Shown piece by piece: positions 19,003-29,541 of a DNA stretch of 64,000 nt (positions are counted from its first letter, which is position 1; the number at the start of each line of letters is the position of its first letter). The DNA is from Blastocatellia bacterium (GTDB lineage: Bacteria; Acidobacteriota; Blastocatellia; UBA7656). Below the pieces are notes generated by a model. That model did not search any database. It saw nothing but the letters and a program-made list of their open reading frames with translations, and was not told where the DNA came from. A program made the position numbers and the translations under genes. Where the stretch lies: NCBI GenBank assembly GCA_049273855.1, contig JBASRN010000270.1:8320-72319 (forward strand). The letters run 5' to 3'.

Positions 19003-20310
19003 TTGCCTCAGCGAAACTATCGAGACCCGCTTCACAACATCATCTCGCTCGACGAGGCTTTGCCGGACGACCGCCTGATCGTCGAGTTGATCGACTCACT
19101 GGAGTTCCAGAGGCTTCGGAGAATAAAGCAACTGGGGTTGGCGATGTTCACCTATCAGGGCGCGGAGCACAGCCGCTTCACCCACTCCCTCGGCGTGATG
19201 CATTTAATGACTCGCGTGCTTGGTCTGCTAGGCTCCCATCACAAGATCAGCGATGAGGCGCGGGTGGTCGGGCGCGCCGGCGCGCTTCTTCACGACCTTG
19301 GTCACGGCCCGTTTTCTCATGTAATAGAGAAGGTGTTTGGCTTTCATCACGAGGATTGGACGTGCCGCATAGTCCTGGATGAAACAACCGAAGTCAATCG
19401 CGTGTTGCGCGCATTTGACGGGCAGCTTCCCGAGAAACTCGCGTTGCTTTACAAACACAGTTACTCGCCGGCGTTCGTTTCGCAGCTCGTCTCGTCGCAG
19501 CTTGATTGCGACCGAATGGACTACCTGCTGCGCGACAGCCTTATGACCGGCGCGAAGTATGGGGTCTTCGATTCGGAGTGGGTGCTTCATGCGCTCAAGA
19601 TCGATGCGGAGTCGGATAGGGTTTACGTGGAAGCGAAGGGCCTATACGCCGTCGAGGAGTATTTGCAAGCCAGATACTACATGTTCCGTCAGGTTTACTT
19701 TCATCGTACGCTGAGATCGGCTGAAGCGGTGCTGATCGCTACACTCAATCGCGCTCGCGCGCTGCTGATGCGCGGAGAGCTTTGCTTTCGAATGCCCGGC
19801 TCGGCTTTCGAAAAGCTGTTGGTGGGGGAGGCGGTAAGCACACCGGAGTATCTTGAACTCGACGACACCGATCTGACTTTTCATTTGAAGCAGTGGTCGC
19901 GGGATCCAGACCCGATGCTAGCCGACCTGGCCGGGAGGTTTATGGCTCGAAGGCTGTTCAAGGCTGCGGATGTTCATCTGTCGGGCGCCGCCTTTGATCG
20001 TTTCTGGAAGCGGGCACAGGAGGCGGTTCAGCAGGCAGGCTTTGATCCCGAGTACTACTTGCTTATGGACCGGGCGACCGATGTCCCGTACTACGGGTAC
20101 TACTCTCCGGCCAGCGTCGACCCGCGCGGATTGATCTATGTCGAAGCGGGGGAGACCGGGTCACCCATAAAGGAGATCAGCGAGATATCAGACGTCGTCC
20201 GAGGAATGCGCGGCTACAAGATCGATCGAATGTGCTTCCCGGTCGAAGTGGCCGACCAGTTGTCGGCCTTGATGAGTGAACACGAAGGACAGGCGAATAC
20301 GGCTCCTTGA
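19003..20310 (+). CDS. HD-domain phosphohydrolase (dNTP triphosphohydrolase/SAMHD1-like family)
   Basis: [10 protein letters not shown]...[12 protein letters not shown]...[12 protein letters not shown] motifs. TTG start at 19003 with an AGAGG RBS. Confidence 0.75.
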   Translation: MPQRNYRDPLHNIISLDEALPDDRLIVELIDSLEFQRLRRIKQLGLAMFTYQGAEHSRFTHSLGVMHLMTRVLGLLGSHHKISDEARVVGRAGALLHDLGHGPFSHVIEKVFGFHHEDWTCRIVLDETTEVNRVLRAFDGQLPEKLALLYKHSYSPAFVSQLVSSQLDCDRMDYLLRDSLMTGAKYGVFDSEWVLHALKIDAESDRVYVEAKGLYAVEEYLQARYYMFRQVYFHRTLRSAEAVLIATLNRARALLMRGELCFRMPGSAFEKLLVGEAVSTPEYLELDDTDLTFHLKQWSRDPDPMLADLAGRFMARRLFKAADVHLSGAAFDRFWKRAQEAVQQAGFDPEYYLLMDRATDVPYYGYYSPASVDPRGLIYVEAGETGSPIKEISEISDVVRGMRGYKIDRMCFPVEVADQLSALMSEHEGQANTAP

Positions 20311-20586
20311 GATGCGATCCTTGGTTTCGCCGAGTTCGAATCGGGTAGCCCTTCTCTTGAGTTAGCGGAAGCTTGAGAGCCTGAGACGATTCGCTCGTTT
20401 GTCACCCTTATCAGTGACACGCCGACTATACTTCAATCCCCGGGCGCTGGGGAAGTCCCCAGACAGGTAGGCTCCCTGGGAAGCAGGTCCGTCGCTGTTA
20501 AGTTCAAAATACTGATTGTGGCTGCAATTCTGGCGTGTGTAGGTTGCCGATGAGTCGCGTCCGCACGGCAACCGCGGGGTGACTTC

Positions 20587-22398
20587 TTACTTGTTGCCCG
20601 GCGAGTAAACTTGCTGGAATCGCGCGAGGTTCTCCCTGAAACGCTCTGCCTCGGATCGAGCGACTTTGAACTTTTGCGAACTCTGAAACTGGACGCTCAT
20701 CTCGTCTTTGGAGATTCGCACGCTCACGCCCACCAGGTTAGCCGAAAACTGGTGCTCGTTTCCCTCGTAGCGGACCCCGGTCGAGTTGACCGTCAGCGGC
20801 CCAGCGCACGAGCGGCCTAGCAAGCCCCCGTGAAGATGCCTGACCTGAATCGTCAAGGGGATCGGTTCCGCAGCCCTCTCTCTTTCCCGCCTTTCTATTT
20901 TCTCGATCTTATCGTTCAAGGCTGCGATCGTATAGAGGGTGCTTCCGCCCAATCGGCGGGCTTCTTTGTATTTTTCGGCTGCCGCAGCTGCGTTACCCTG
21001 GTTTTCCAATATTTCACCAAGCGCGGCGATCGATGATCGGTACGAAGCATCGGCCGACTCTGGCACTCTTCGAAAGTAGGAGGCCGCCTTGTCGAGCTCG
21101 CCGATTTTCATATAGGACCGAGCGAGAGCAAACACGACCTCCGGCCCGCCCATCCCGTTGACCATCGCGGTTTGAAGCTCAGGTATCGCAGCACCAAAGT
21201 CGTCCTTTTGGTAGAGATCGAGCCCCCGAACGCGGTGAGTGTTAGGGTCGATCGCCTTTGCCAATTCAGCAGTGCGAAGGGCGTTCATCTCGCGAAGCCG
21301 CGTGCGGAGTTGTTTGTCGTCCTTGAAGAGTGGTGTGATCTGTTCAAGTTGTTTGATCGCACCTTCGGCATCACCGCGCGCGAATGCCTGTTCGCTTTGC
21401 GCGACCAGCCTGTCTCTGACCTGGTTGTGGACCCGGCGCGCTTCAGCATCCTGGGTGATCGCGAGCGCCTGCTTGGAGTAGTAGTATGCGCTGGCGCCTT
21501 TGGGTTCTATCAGATTTCCAGCTTGAAGCGCCTCTTCGGCTTTGCGCACCAGCCCTCGGAGTTCACCTCGACGGTTGGACAACTGGGTTTCGATTTTCGT
21601 CGCGGCGGCTCGCGCCTCTTCGTCATCCGCATAGTTCTCGGTCAGGAACTTATAAATCTCCTGGGCCTGCGCCAGGTCAGCGCGTGAAACAGCGGCTTGA
21701 GCAGACTGGTGGGCGGTCTTGCGCACGCGCTCGCGCATCTCGAGCGCGAAAGGGTTCGCGCCGTCGAGTTCGATGATAAGGTCCGCGTAGTTAAGCGCGC
21801 TTCCTTCATAGATGAGGCCGTAGTATCCCCGCGCGAGCGCCTCTTCAGCCTGTTGCTGATATTGCCTTACTGCTTCTTCCGGAGGAAGTTCCGCCGTTCC
21901 GGAAGGTGGAAGCGGCTTGAGCTTGAACTCGAGCGGTTGAGATTCGGAGATCGTCACTTGCTTGACGATTGGCTCAAAGCCCTCCTTCGTTATTGTGAGC
22001 GTATACGTACCGATCGGGAGCTGTTCCAGCTTTACAGGAGAATGGCCGTAGTCCTTCGAGTCAAGGCTTATCTCGGCGCCGGACGGCACCGTCAGGATAA
22101 CGAGTTGATCCACAGTGGATGGCTTCTTGGTGAGCAAGTAGACGCCGGCTATCGTCAACGCGGTGAGGATCAGCGCAGAGATAGCGGCCAGCACTCGCCA
22201 ATGCGCGCCCGCTTTGCGCGGTCGGGCTGGCGCAGCGATCGCCTCCGCCCGCTCGACGGCCGACGGGCCGTCCACGGCGGTGTCCGGCAGGTCGTTCCCG
22301 GATGGCTCGGGCGGCGCCAGTTCGGAATCGAACTGGCCGTCCGCCGAGCCGCTCTCACGCGTGCCGGCTTGGCCCAAATCTTGATCTCCTAACAACAT
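20587..22398 (-). CDS. membrane-anchored PEGA-domain / TPR-repeat protein
   Basis: Single TM segment, PEGA-like beta domain (LTVPSGAEISLDSKDYGHSPVKL...YTLTITKEGFEP), then multiple TPR-like helical repeats. Start assigned at MLLGDQDL (22398) to avoid overlap. Confidence 0.6.
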   Translation of the reverse strand: MLLGDQDLGQAGTRESGSADGQFDSELAPPEPSGNDLPDTAVDGPSAVERAEAIAAPARPRKAGAHWRVLAAISALILTALTIAGVYLLTKKPSTVDQLVILTVPSGAEISLDSKDYGHSPVKLEQLPIGTYTLTITKEGFEPIVKQVTISESQPLEFKLKPLPPSGTAELPPEEAVRQYQQQAEEALARGYYGLIYEGSALNYADLIIELDGANPFALEMRERVRKTAHQSAQAAVSRADLAQAQEIYKFLTENYADDEEARAAATKIETQLSNRRGELRGLVRKAEEALQAGNLIEPKGASAYYYSKQALAITQDAEARRVHNQVRDRLVAQSEQAFARGDAEGAIKQLEQITPLFKDDKQLRTRLREMNALRTAELAKAIDPNTHRVRGLDLYQKDDFGAAIPELQTAMVNGMGGPEVVFALARSYMKIGELDKAASYFRRVPESADASYRSSIAALGEILENQGNAAAAAEKYKEARRLGGSTLYTIAALNDKIEKIERRERERAAEPIPLTIQVRHLHGGLLGRSCAGPLTVNSTGVRYEGNEHQFSANLVGVSVRISKDEMSVQFQSSQKFKVARSEAERFRENLARFQQVYSPGNK

Positions 22399-22438
22399 CT
22401 TTGTCGCCGCACGAATCTGAATCACCAGTCGCTTGGGG

Positions 22439-23461
22439 CTAAGCGGTGCAAGCCATCCTCCGTTCAACAACATTCGACGCTATATAGTCTACAACCTGCC
22501 TGCCCGTCAGGATAGCATTCTTGATGTGGACTTCACGAGTAACGTGCCCGGCAACGAAGAGCCCGGGAACTGTGGTTTCAAACGTCTCAGGAGAGTATAC
22601 CGGCCGGCCATCATCGGCGATCCTAGCTCCGGCCGTTTCAAGGAGTCGGGTATCCGGGTCGGCACCAATAAGCGCGAATATGTGGTCGCAGTCGACCTCC
22701 CACGTGGTTATATCGCCGCGCGTGCTCCGAAGAAGCGCGCTTCGCGGCCGAATCTCGATGATCTCGGTGGAAGTCAGTACCCGGAGATCGCCGGACCTGG
22801 AGGCCGCCTCGAGAGGACCGAGGACCCAAGGTTTGATCCTCGCGCGCGCGATTAATCGCCCCGAGCTCTCATCCCTGTTTGGTTCTACGGGCGGGCTGAG
22901 CTCGGTTCGGCGAACGCATAGAGTAACGTCCGCGCCGGCTTGCGAAAGGAACAGGGAGGCCTCGGCAGCTGAGTTACCCCCGCCAATCACCAACACTCGC
23001 TTGAAAACTAAAGGATGCGCTTCGAGGAAGCGATATGTGACTCGACAAGGGTCTTCGCCGGGGACACTCAGAAGCCGTCGGCGGCCAAACCCGCCAGTCG
23101 CTGCAAGCACCGCGCGCGCGCGGTAGACTCCGTCACTTGTGCGCACAAGGATTTGACCATCCGTGTTCACCAGCTCATAGACCTCTTCCCGGGTTCGCAG
23201 ATCGATGTTGTGACGCATCACCAGACGTCGATAGTGCCGCAGCAACTCTTCGCGGGTGGGCTTCCGATCCGTTGGGAGGGAACCTGAGTCTATTTCAATC
23301 TCGTCGGAGCTCGAAAACAATACGCCTCCGATCGGATAGCTGTACACTGTGTTGGCGATCGCCTCTCGCTCAAGTATGAGATAGTCAAGTCCGTGATATC
23401 GAGCCCTAACGGCAGCCGCCAACCCGGCGGGACCGCTGCCAACAATGATCAGGTCGTACAT
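22439..23461 (-). CDS. FAD/NAD(P)-binding pyridine nucleotide-disulfide oxidoreductase (thioredoxin-reductase-like)
   Basis: MYDLIIVGSGPAGLAAA dinucleotide-binding motif and a second Rossmann motif VLVIGGGNSAAE. Confidence 0.7.
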   Translation of the reverse strand: MYDLIIVGSGPAGLAAAVRARYHGLDYLILEREAIANTVYSYPIGGVLFSSSDEIEIDSGSLPTDRKPTREELLRHYRRLVMRHNIDLRTREEVYELVNTDGQILVRTSDGVYRARAVLAATGGFGRRRLLSVPGEDPCRVTYRFLEAHPLVFKRVLVIGGGNSAAEASLFLSQAGADVTLCVRRTELSPPVEPNRDESSGRLIARARIKPWVLGPLEAASRSGDLRVLTSTEIIEIRPRSALLRSTRGDITTWEVDCDHIFALIGADPDTRLLETAGARIADDGRPVYSPETFETTVPGLFVAGHVTREVHIKNAILTGRQVVDYIASNVVERRMACTA

Positions 23462-23664
23462 GCGCTCTCCCGTGCGGCTTTAACATCCGGCCTTTAAGGA
23501 TACAATATCGAATCACCCACAGCAATACTGGCACTTGGAGTGGCAGGTTTGACCTTCTTCTCAATTCATACGCCGACTCATCGATCTGCTCCACCAAAAA
23601 CCGTCCAGCTTTTCGGGCCGTCGATTGTTCCTCGGCGGGACTCAGGGTAGCCTTGCGAAGCCTT

Positions 23665-24396
23665 CTACGACGGCAACGATTCGTTGAACTTGTATCCAAC
23701 CCCCCACACGGTTAAGACATACTTTGGATCCTTCGGGTTCTCTTCGATTTTTGTTCTCAGCCTGTTCACGTGCGGATCGATATTACGCTTGTAACCCTCG
23801 TAAGCGGTGTCCCAGATGGCAGTCAGGATATCCTGCCGGGAATAAACATGTCCCGGATTGGACGCAAGAAATTTGAGGATGCTGAACTCGATAGGAGTAA
23901 GGGTGACTTCCCTGCCACCGAGTTTGACCCTATGCCGCTTCAAGTCAACCTCCATCTCTCCTCGTGTTATTATGCTTTCGACTGCCTTGTGAGAATCACC
24001 GGATGCGCGCCGCCACAACGCCTGAACTCTCATCTCCAGTTCTATCGGGTTGAAGGGCTTGCCAAGGTAGTCATCAACACCTTTCGAAAAGCCATCAACC
24101 TTGTCTTCAATGCTGATTCTCTCAGTCAGCATGATGACCGGCGTCGTCACGCCCTTCTCCCTCAGTAAGTGACAAACCTTGAAGCCGTCCATGCCGGGCA
24201 TCACCACATCGAGAACTATAACCCCCGGGTTTTCCGAGAGGGCCATCTCCAAACCCTGAACCCCGTTCGCGGCCTCGATAACAGCATATCCCTTGTCGCT
24301 CAAGCAGTCTTTGACCATCGAACGTATCGAGTCACTGTCGTCCACTACCAGAACCAACTTATTCGACATCTGATTTGCGTAGGAACCGTCACTCAA
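23665..24396 (-). CDS. OmpR-family two-component response regulator
   Basis: Receiver domain (LVVDDSDSIR...VLDVVMPGMDG...K) plus a winged-helix trans_reg_C domain (VWGVGYKF). Confidence 0.85.
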   Translation of the reverse strand: MSDGSYANQMSNKLVLVVDDSDSIRSMVKDCLSDKGYAVIEAANGVQGLEMALSENPGVIVLDVVMPGMDGFKVCHLLREKGVTTPVIMLTERISIEDKVDGFSKGVDDYLGKPFNPIELEMRVQALWRRASGDSHKAVESIITRGEMEVDLKRHRVKLGGREVTLTPIEFSILKFLASNPGHVYSRQDILTAIWDTAYEGYKRNIDPHVNRLRTKIEENPKDPKYVLTVWGVGYKFNESLPS

Positions 24397-24408
24397 GTCA
24401 TTTGCCCA

Positions 24409-25527
24409 TTAAAGAAGGCGCATCGGCATGACTACATACCGGTAGCTATCGGCCTCTTCTCCAGCGGGCCTCATCAGCGCTGGGCTTTGCTCGTCCTTTA
24501 GTTCAAATACGGTTTCTTCGGTCGCTACCACTCCCAAGAAATCGAGTAGATACTGGGCGTTGAAACCGATCGTCAGATCGTCGCCGCTATAATCCACGGC
24601 GATCGCTTCTCTGGACTCGCCCACATCGGCGCTCTGTGAGCTGATGTTCAATCTCCCCTGACCAAGCTCGTATTTGATTCCATGACTCCTCTCGTCGGCC
24701 ATCAGAGCAGCGCGCCTGACTGCTTGCGCAATTTTTTCTGTATTGAGCGTCACTAGTTTATCATTGCCCTTTGGCAGCACGAGATCGTAATTTGGAAACT
24801 GTCCTGCCAGCATCCGCGATGTGAGGTGACGCTGTCCTTGTTTGAAATACAAGTGGTTTGCGTCCGTGGAGAACTCAATATCCTCCTCTGCGGCCGCGGT
24901 CAACTTCAATATCTCGGTCAGCGCCTTTTTTGGAATGATTACTCTCAACTGCTCCTTTTCACTAACAGGTACCTCTTCGATTTCGCAGTCGGCCAGCGCA
25001 AGCCTATGCCCGTCGGTTGCGACCATTCGAAGCCTGCCGTCCGAGAAGGTCAGGAGCGCCCCGCTTAGGGCGTAGCGCGACTCTTCTTGAGTGATCGCGT
25101 ACACGGTCCTGCTGATGAGATTGTGAAGCGCAGTTGACGGAATCGACATTTCAGCTTTACCGGGCTTTGGCGTCGACGGGAAGTGCTCCTTGGCTTGCCC
25201 CGCCAGTCTGAACTCTGAGGATGCACATGTAATCTTAGTCCAGTCGTTAGCTTCCTTGACGAAATCTATATCGGCATCCGGCAAGTACCGCACAAGATCA
25301 AACAGTCGCCTTGCCTGCAGCACTACCGAACCCGCTTCGGAAACGTCCGCTGCGCACTCCGTTTGAAACGACACGTCCAGATCCGTTGCCACAAGTGAGA
25401 CCAGTGATTCATTTACGGTCTCTATTAGGAGGCTGGACAGCACTGGTATTGTTGTCTTCTTCTCGACAATTCCCTGGAGTAGGTTCAACTCCTTTAGGAG
25501 TGATGCTCGGTTCAGGCGGAATCTCAT
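24409..25527 (-). CDS. dnaN: DNA polymerase III beta sliding clamp
   Basis: 372 aa, MRFRLNRASLLKELNLLQGIVEKK... canonical DnaN; immediately downstream of dnaA. Confidence 0.95.
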   Translation of the reverse strand: MRFRLNRASLLKELNLLQGIVEKKTTIPVLSSLLIETVNESLVSLVATDLDVSFQTECAADVSEAGSVVLQARRLFDLVRYLPDADIDFVKEANDWTKITCASSEFRLAGQAKEHFPSTPKPGKAEMSIPSTALHNLISRTVYAITQEESRYALSGALLTFSDGRLRMVATDGHRLALADCEIEEVPVSEKEQLRVIIPKKALTEILKLTAAAEEDIEFSTDANHLYFKQGQRHLTSRMLAGQFPNYDLVLPKGNDKLVTLNTEKIAQAVRRAALMADERSHGIKYELGQGRLNISSQSADVGESREAIAVDYSGDDLTIGFNAQYLLDFLGVVATEETVFELKDEQSPALMRPAGEEADSYRYVVMPMRLL

Positions 25528-25788
25528 TTTGGGTCAACCCTTTCATTTCTGTCGCAATCAGGGTGCTACTATACCAATAACTTTCATAATAAAACTAGTA
25601 GTAGTAGTAGGCTGTGCATAAGTGGAAAACCTGATCAAAAGTACTGATTTCTCTATTAACTACCTCGACTGGACTCGGAAGATAAATGGAGAAAAAGGTA
25701 AGTCCGACGAATAAGTTCAGAACAAATCATATAAAGAGCCTAATTCCACAACGACATCAAAAGGAGATCTGTGGAATACGTCGCTAAC
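25528..25788. promoter_or_regulatory. AT-rich dnaA-dnaN intergenic region, candidate oriC / DUE with DnaA-box-like 9-mers
   Basis: About 35% GC versus about 60% flanking. Contains TGTGGAATA (25770-25778), AGTGGAAAA (25621-25629), the TTCCACAAC complement (25745-25753) and a (TAG)5 microsatellite at about 25588-25602. Confidence 0.45.
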
Positions 25789-27171
25789 TCATTTCATGCT
25801 AGTAATTAGATTGTCTATAACGCTGTGGAAAACTGAGTCTTTATCTCGTAAGTTTGAGATCTTATTAATGCTGTGCAACACGGTGCTGTGATGTTTTCCT
25901 CCAAACTCCCTTCCTATCTCTGGCAAGCTGGCCGATGTAAGCGTCTTACAGAGATACATTGCGACTTGGCGCGGAAATGCTATTACTCTTGTGTTGCTCT
26001 TTGACTTGAGATCGGCAGCCTTCAAACTGTAATGTCCAGCAACAATTCTCTGGATCGATTCGATCGAAGGTGCGTCGGATTCAGACTCGATGATGTTTCT
26101 GAGAATGTCCTTAGCCAAATCGATTCCTATCGGGAGCGCTTTAAGTGATGCATATGCAAGAAGCCTTACCAGCGAGCCTTCCAGTTCTCTGATGTTCGAT
26201 TTAATTTTGCTCGCGATGAATATCGCGACATCATCCGGGAGATCGATTCTCTCCAGTTCGGCCTTTCGCTTTAGGATTGCGACCTTCGTTTCGAGATCAG
26301 GCGGCTGAATATCGGCAATCAGACCCCACTCGAATCTCGAATGCAATCGCTCCTCGAGCGTCGGGATTTCTCGCGGCGGACAGTCGCTTGATATGATTAT
26401 TTGCTTTTGAGAGTCGTAGAGCGCGTTAAAGGTGTGAAAAAACTCCTCCTGAGTACGTTCCTTTCCAGCCAGGAACTGAATATCATCGATAAGCAGAACG
26501 TCGATGTTTCGATATCTGTCCCGAAACTTGATCGTCTGGTCGTATCTGATCGCATTTATCAGCTCGTTCATAAATCTCTCGGATGAGATATATGTGAGGC
26601 GCAGCGACTTATTCCTGGTCTTGATTGCATACCCAATGGCGTGCATCAAATGAGTCTTTCCCAGACCCACCCCGCCATAGATATAGAAAGGGTTATAGGT
26701 TTTGGCGGGCATGTCCACCACCGCCAGGGAAGCGGCGTGTGCGAACTGGTTACAGGAGCCCACAACAAAAGTCTCGAACTTGTATTTTGGGTTGAGCGGC
26801 AAATCTGACTGTTCGGGGACCACCGGCCTGGGCGGATCCAAGGCTTGTGAAGATCGCGGCGAGCTAAGCGGCCTATCCAGACCCGGTACAGAATCTGTGT
26901 TCGACGTTTGCCTCCTATTGTCCCCCAGAAGGAACTCGACCTTATAGCCAACTAAGCCCAGCTCCTCAAGAGACTCTTCGATTACGTCGAAATAGTTGGT
27001 GCGGATCCAATCGCGAAAGATTTCGTTCGGAACCGTTAAATAAAGGGTAGAAGAGTCCTTGGCCGCGCGCAAAATCGGTCTAAACCACGTATCGAAGCTC
27101 TCGTGGTTTAATCGCTTTGAAATCGCTCTTAGGACAGAAGAGAGGAGGTCTATCTGGACACCCGTCGTCAT
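25789..27171 (-). CDS. dnaA: chromosomal replication initiator protein DnaA
   Basis: AAA+ Walker [16 protein letters not shown], DnaA signature and C-terminal DNA-binding domain. Start taken at MTTGVQ (27171); the listed ORF extends to 27210. Confidence 0.95.
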   Translation of the reverse strand: MTTGVQIDLLSSVLRAISKRLNHESFDTWFRPILRAAKDSSTLYLTVPNEIFRDWIRTNYFDVIEESLEELGLVGYKVEFLLGDNRRQTSNTDSVPGLDRPLSSPRSSQALDPPRPVVPEQSDLPLNPKYKFETFVVGSCNQFAHAASLAVVDMPAKTYNPFYIYGGVGLGKTHLMHAIGYAIKTRNKSLRLTYISSERFMNELINAIRYDQTIKFRDRYRNIDVLLIDDIQFLAGKERTQEEFFHTFNALYDSQKQIIISSDCPPREIPTLEERLHSRFEWGLIADIQPPDLETKVAILKRKAELERIDLPDDVAIFIASKIKSNIRELEGSLVRLLAYASLKALPIGIDLAKDILRNIIESESDAPSIESIQRIVAGHYSLKAADLKSKSNTRVIAFPRQVAMYLCKTLTSASLPEIGREFGGKHHSTVLHSINKISNLRDKDSVFHSVIDNLITSMK

Positions 27172-27432
27172 TTCACGCCTCCCTATTAGGCACAGAGCAT
27201 TCGCCAACAAAAGGACGAGGTTAGCCGAGCACCGAATGGGCGACCGCGCTCCTCGATAAAGCAGACGACAACAAAGGACCGGCTGTTGAAACTCGCGAAC
27301 AGTATCACAAGTACCGAACTGTTTTCAATCCCGTCGCCTTGCGCTATATGAATAACTGCACCTTAATTAACCCAATAACAGGGTTATACCTGTTTTAATC
27401 AAAATCTGGCCCAGATCACCGCGCAATGTAGA

Positions 27433-27448
27433 CGTTTCACGTGAAACA
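27433..27448. promoter_or_regulatory. parS centromere-like site (perfect palindrome cGTTTCACGTGAAACa)
   Basis: Exact match to the tGTTNCACGTGAAACa ParB-binding consensus, located in the dnaA-parA divergent spacer. Confidence 0.7.
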
Positions 27449-27540
27449 GTGTTTGCCGTTATGGTAAAAGCTCGGGGTCTAGAGTTCAGAGATAGTTGCG
27501 ACTGTTGGTCTGGGTTCGGTTTGTGGTATGTTACCAAGCC

Positions 27541-28323
27541 ATGCCCAGAATAATAGCCATCGCCAACCAGAAGGGTGGCGTTGGCAAAACGACTTCCGCC
27601 ATAAACCTGGCAGCCAGCCTGGCAATTGCCGACCGACGGGTCTTGTTGGTTGACGCGGACCCACAGGGCAACAGCACCAGCGGACTGGGGTTACGGGGCA
27701 CATTTCAGAATAGCCTTTATCACTCGTTGGTCTCGAACCACTCGCTTGATTCAATCGTTTTGGCGAGTGAGTTATCGGGGCTATCGGTCATTCCCTCCGA
27801 GAAGATACTGGTGGCGGCCGAAATCGAACTTGTTGGAGTTGAAGAGAGGGAATTCAAGCTCAAAAAAGCACTGGAGCCGGTCGCCGCGAATTATGATTAT
27901 GTGCTGATCGACTGCCCGCCGAGCCTGGGACTCCTAACTTTGAACGCATTGGCTGCGGCCCACTCGGTGCTGGTTCCGATTCAATGCGAGTACTTTGCTC
28001 TTGAGGGAGTCTCGGAGCTTTGGGACACTCTGGTCAAAGTGCGTAGAAGTTTGAACCCAGCCTTGGCCATCGAGGGTTTTCTGCTTACGATGTTTGACGA
28101 AAGAACGAACCTCTCAAACCAGGTCGTATCCGATTTGAGGGGGTTTCTAGGGTCTCAAGTTTTTTCCACCGTGATACCAAGGAACGTTCGACTTGCCGAG
28201 GCACCCAGCCACGGCAAGCCGATTGTGCTGTACGATGTCCGATCTAAGGGTGCCGAAAGTTACCTTCGATTGGCACGGGAGGTGATCGACAATGTCAAGA
28301 CGGGCATTGGGCAGGGGGCTTGA
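27541..28323 (+). CDS. parA: chromosome partitioning ATPase ParA (Soj)
   Basis: Deviant Walker A IAIANQKGGVGKTTSAINLA; start at ATG 27541. Confidence 0.9.
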   Translation: MPRIIAIANQKGGVGKTTSAINLAASLAIADRRVLLVDADPQGNSTSGLGLRGTFQNSLYHSLVSNHSLDSIVLASELSGLSVIPSEKILVAAEIELVGVEEREFKLKKALEPVAANYDYVLIDCPPSLGLLTLNALAAAHSVLVPIQCEYFALEGVSELWDTLVKVRRSLNPALAIEGFLLTMFDERTNLSNQVVSDLRGFLGSQVFSTVIPRNVRLAEAPSHGKPIVLYDVRSKGAESYLRLAREVIDNVKTGIGQGA

Positions 28324-29155
28324 TGCGCTCTTCCCCCAGGCTAATCCTATCAACAACGATCTGATTGATTTGGATGTTGAGAGCATCGATCCAGGGGTCG
28401 AGCAACCTCGACGCGACTTCAACGAGGAGAAACTGACGGAACTGGCCCGATCGATAGAAGCGAACGGTGTCATTCAGCCAATCGTGGTGCGCCGAGTCGG
28501 CGAGCGATTCCAAATAATCGCCGGCGAGCGCCGCTGGCGAGCTGCGAAGAAGGCCGCTCTGAAGCGGATCCCAAGTCTGATTCGCAATGTTCCGGAGGAG
28601 AATATCCTCGAGTTGTCCCTCATTGAGAACATACAGCGCCAGGAGCTAAACCCGATAGAAGAGGCGAATGCGTATCGCAAGCTTCAGGAACAACTAGGCA
28701 TTACTCAGGAGGCAGTGGCGCAGCGAGTTGGAAAAGACCGTTCGTCGGTGACGAACTCTTTGAGACTTCTAAAGCTGCCCGAGGACGTCCAACGACTAGT
28801 CGAGGACGCCAGGCTTTCAATGGGGCACGCTCGAGCGTTACTCCCTATCGAATCCGCCGACAGGCAAAGAGACTTGGCCGAAGAGATTGTGACCAAACTG
28901 CTTTCGGTGCGACAGACTGAGAAGTTGGTTAAGAATGAACTTGCCACAAATACGCCGCGTCAAACAAAGCCCGAGCCAAAAAACGATGGTGAAACTGCCA
29001 ACATACTCGCGGCCGAGGCAAAGCTGAGCAGGAGGCTTGGAGCGCCAGTAAGGATCAGGTCCCTGAAAGCCGGGGGCGTGGTTGAAATTAGGTTCTCGTC
29101 GAGAGACGAACTTTCACGGATCTTCGATCTACTAATACGGAGGCCGCTGGAGTGA
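28292..29155 (+). CDS. parB: chromosome partitioning protein ParB (Spo0J)
   Basis: MSRRALGRGLDALF N-terminus, ParB box GERRWRAA, HTH; overlaps parA by 32 bp. Confidence 0.9.
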   Translation: MSRRALGRGLDALFPQANPINNDLIDLDVESIDPGVEQPRRDFNEEKLTELARSIEANGVIQPIVVRRVGERFQIIAGERRWRAAKKAALKRIPSLIRNVPEENILELSLIENIQRQELNPIEEANAYRKLQEQLGITQEAVAQRVGKDRSSVTNSLRLLKLPEDVQRLVEDARLSMGHARALLPIESADRQRDLAEEIVTKLLSVRQTEKLVKNELATNTPRQTKPEPKNDGETANILAAEAKLSRRLGAPVRIRSLKAGGVVEIRFSSRDELSRIFDLLIRRPLE

Positions 29156-29541
29156 AAAACTCTCTCAAACTGAGCCACTAACCCCAAAGTCCCTTTGCTA
29201 CAACAAATGAGATTTTCTGCTCTCCTCGACTCATCGTTCTAATTACAACGATGACCGTCCTCCGCTGTTGTGATGACTTCCGAAACCTCTTCGTGAAAGT
29301 GATATCAACTACGCGAGTACTTTCGTGGATAGGACCGCCAATATTCCAGCAGCAGTGGTGCAAACAAGTTGATGTGGTCTGTTAGCACTTGTTTGACGTG
29401 AGCAGCGCCGAGTGGCTTCCAATGCAGTCCAGTCAATCCAGGTAGCGACGCGTTGCGAAAGCCGTTGGTAGTGTCCTAATTCTGTGTTGCTAGCCCTGAG
29501 ATACTTGTTTCGCCTTGCATCGGTCGTGCTAACATTGGTTC

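Noticed and set aside
20325-20345. tRNA-like T-loop sequence GAGTTCGAATCGG
   Set aside because: Flanking bases cannot form a 5-bp T-stem or an acceptor stem, and no D-arm/anticodon arm can be built. Not a tRNA.
21172-22392. + strand ORFs of 171, 96 and 231 aa
   Set aside because: All antisense to the PEGA/TPR membrane protein gene; no independent support.
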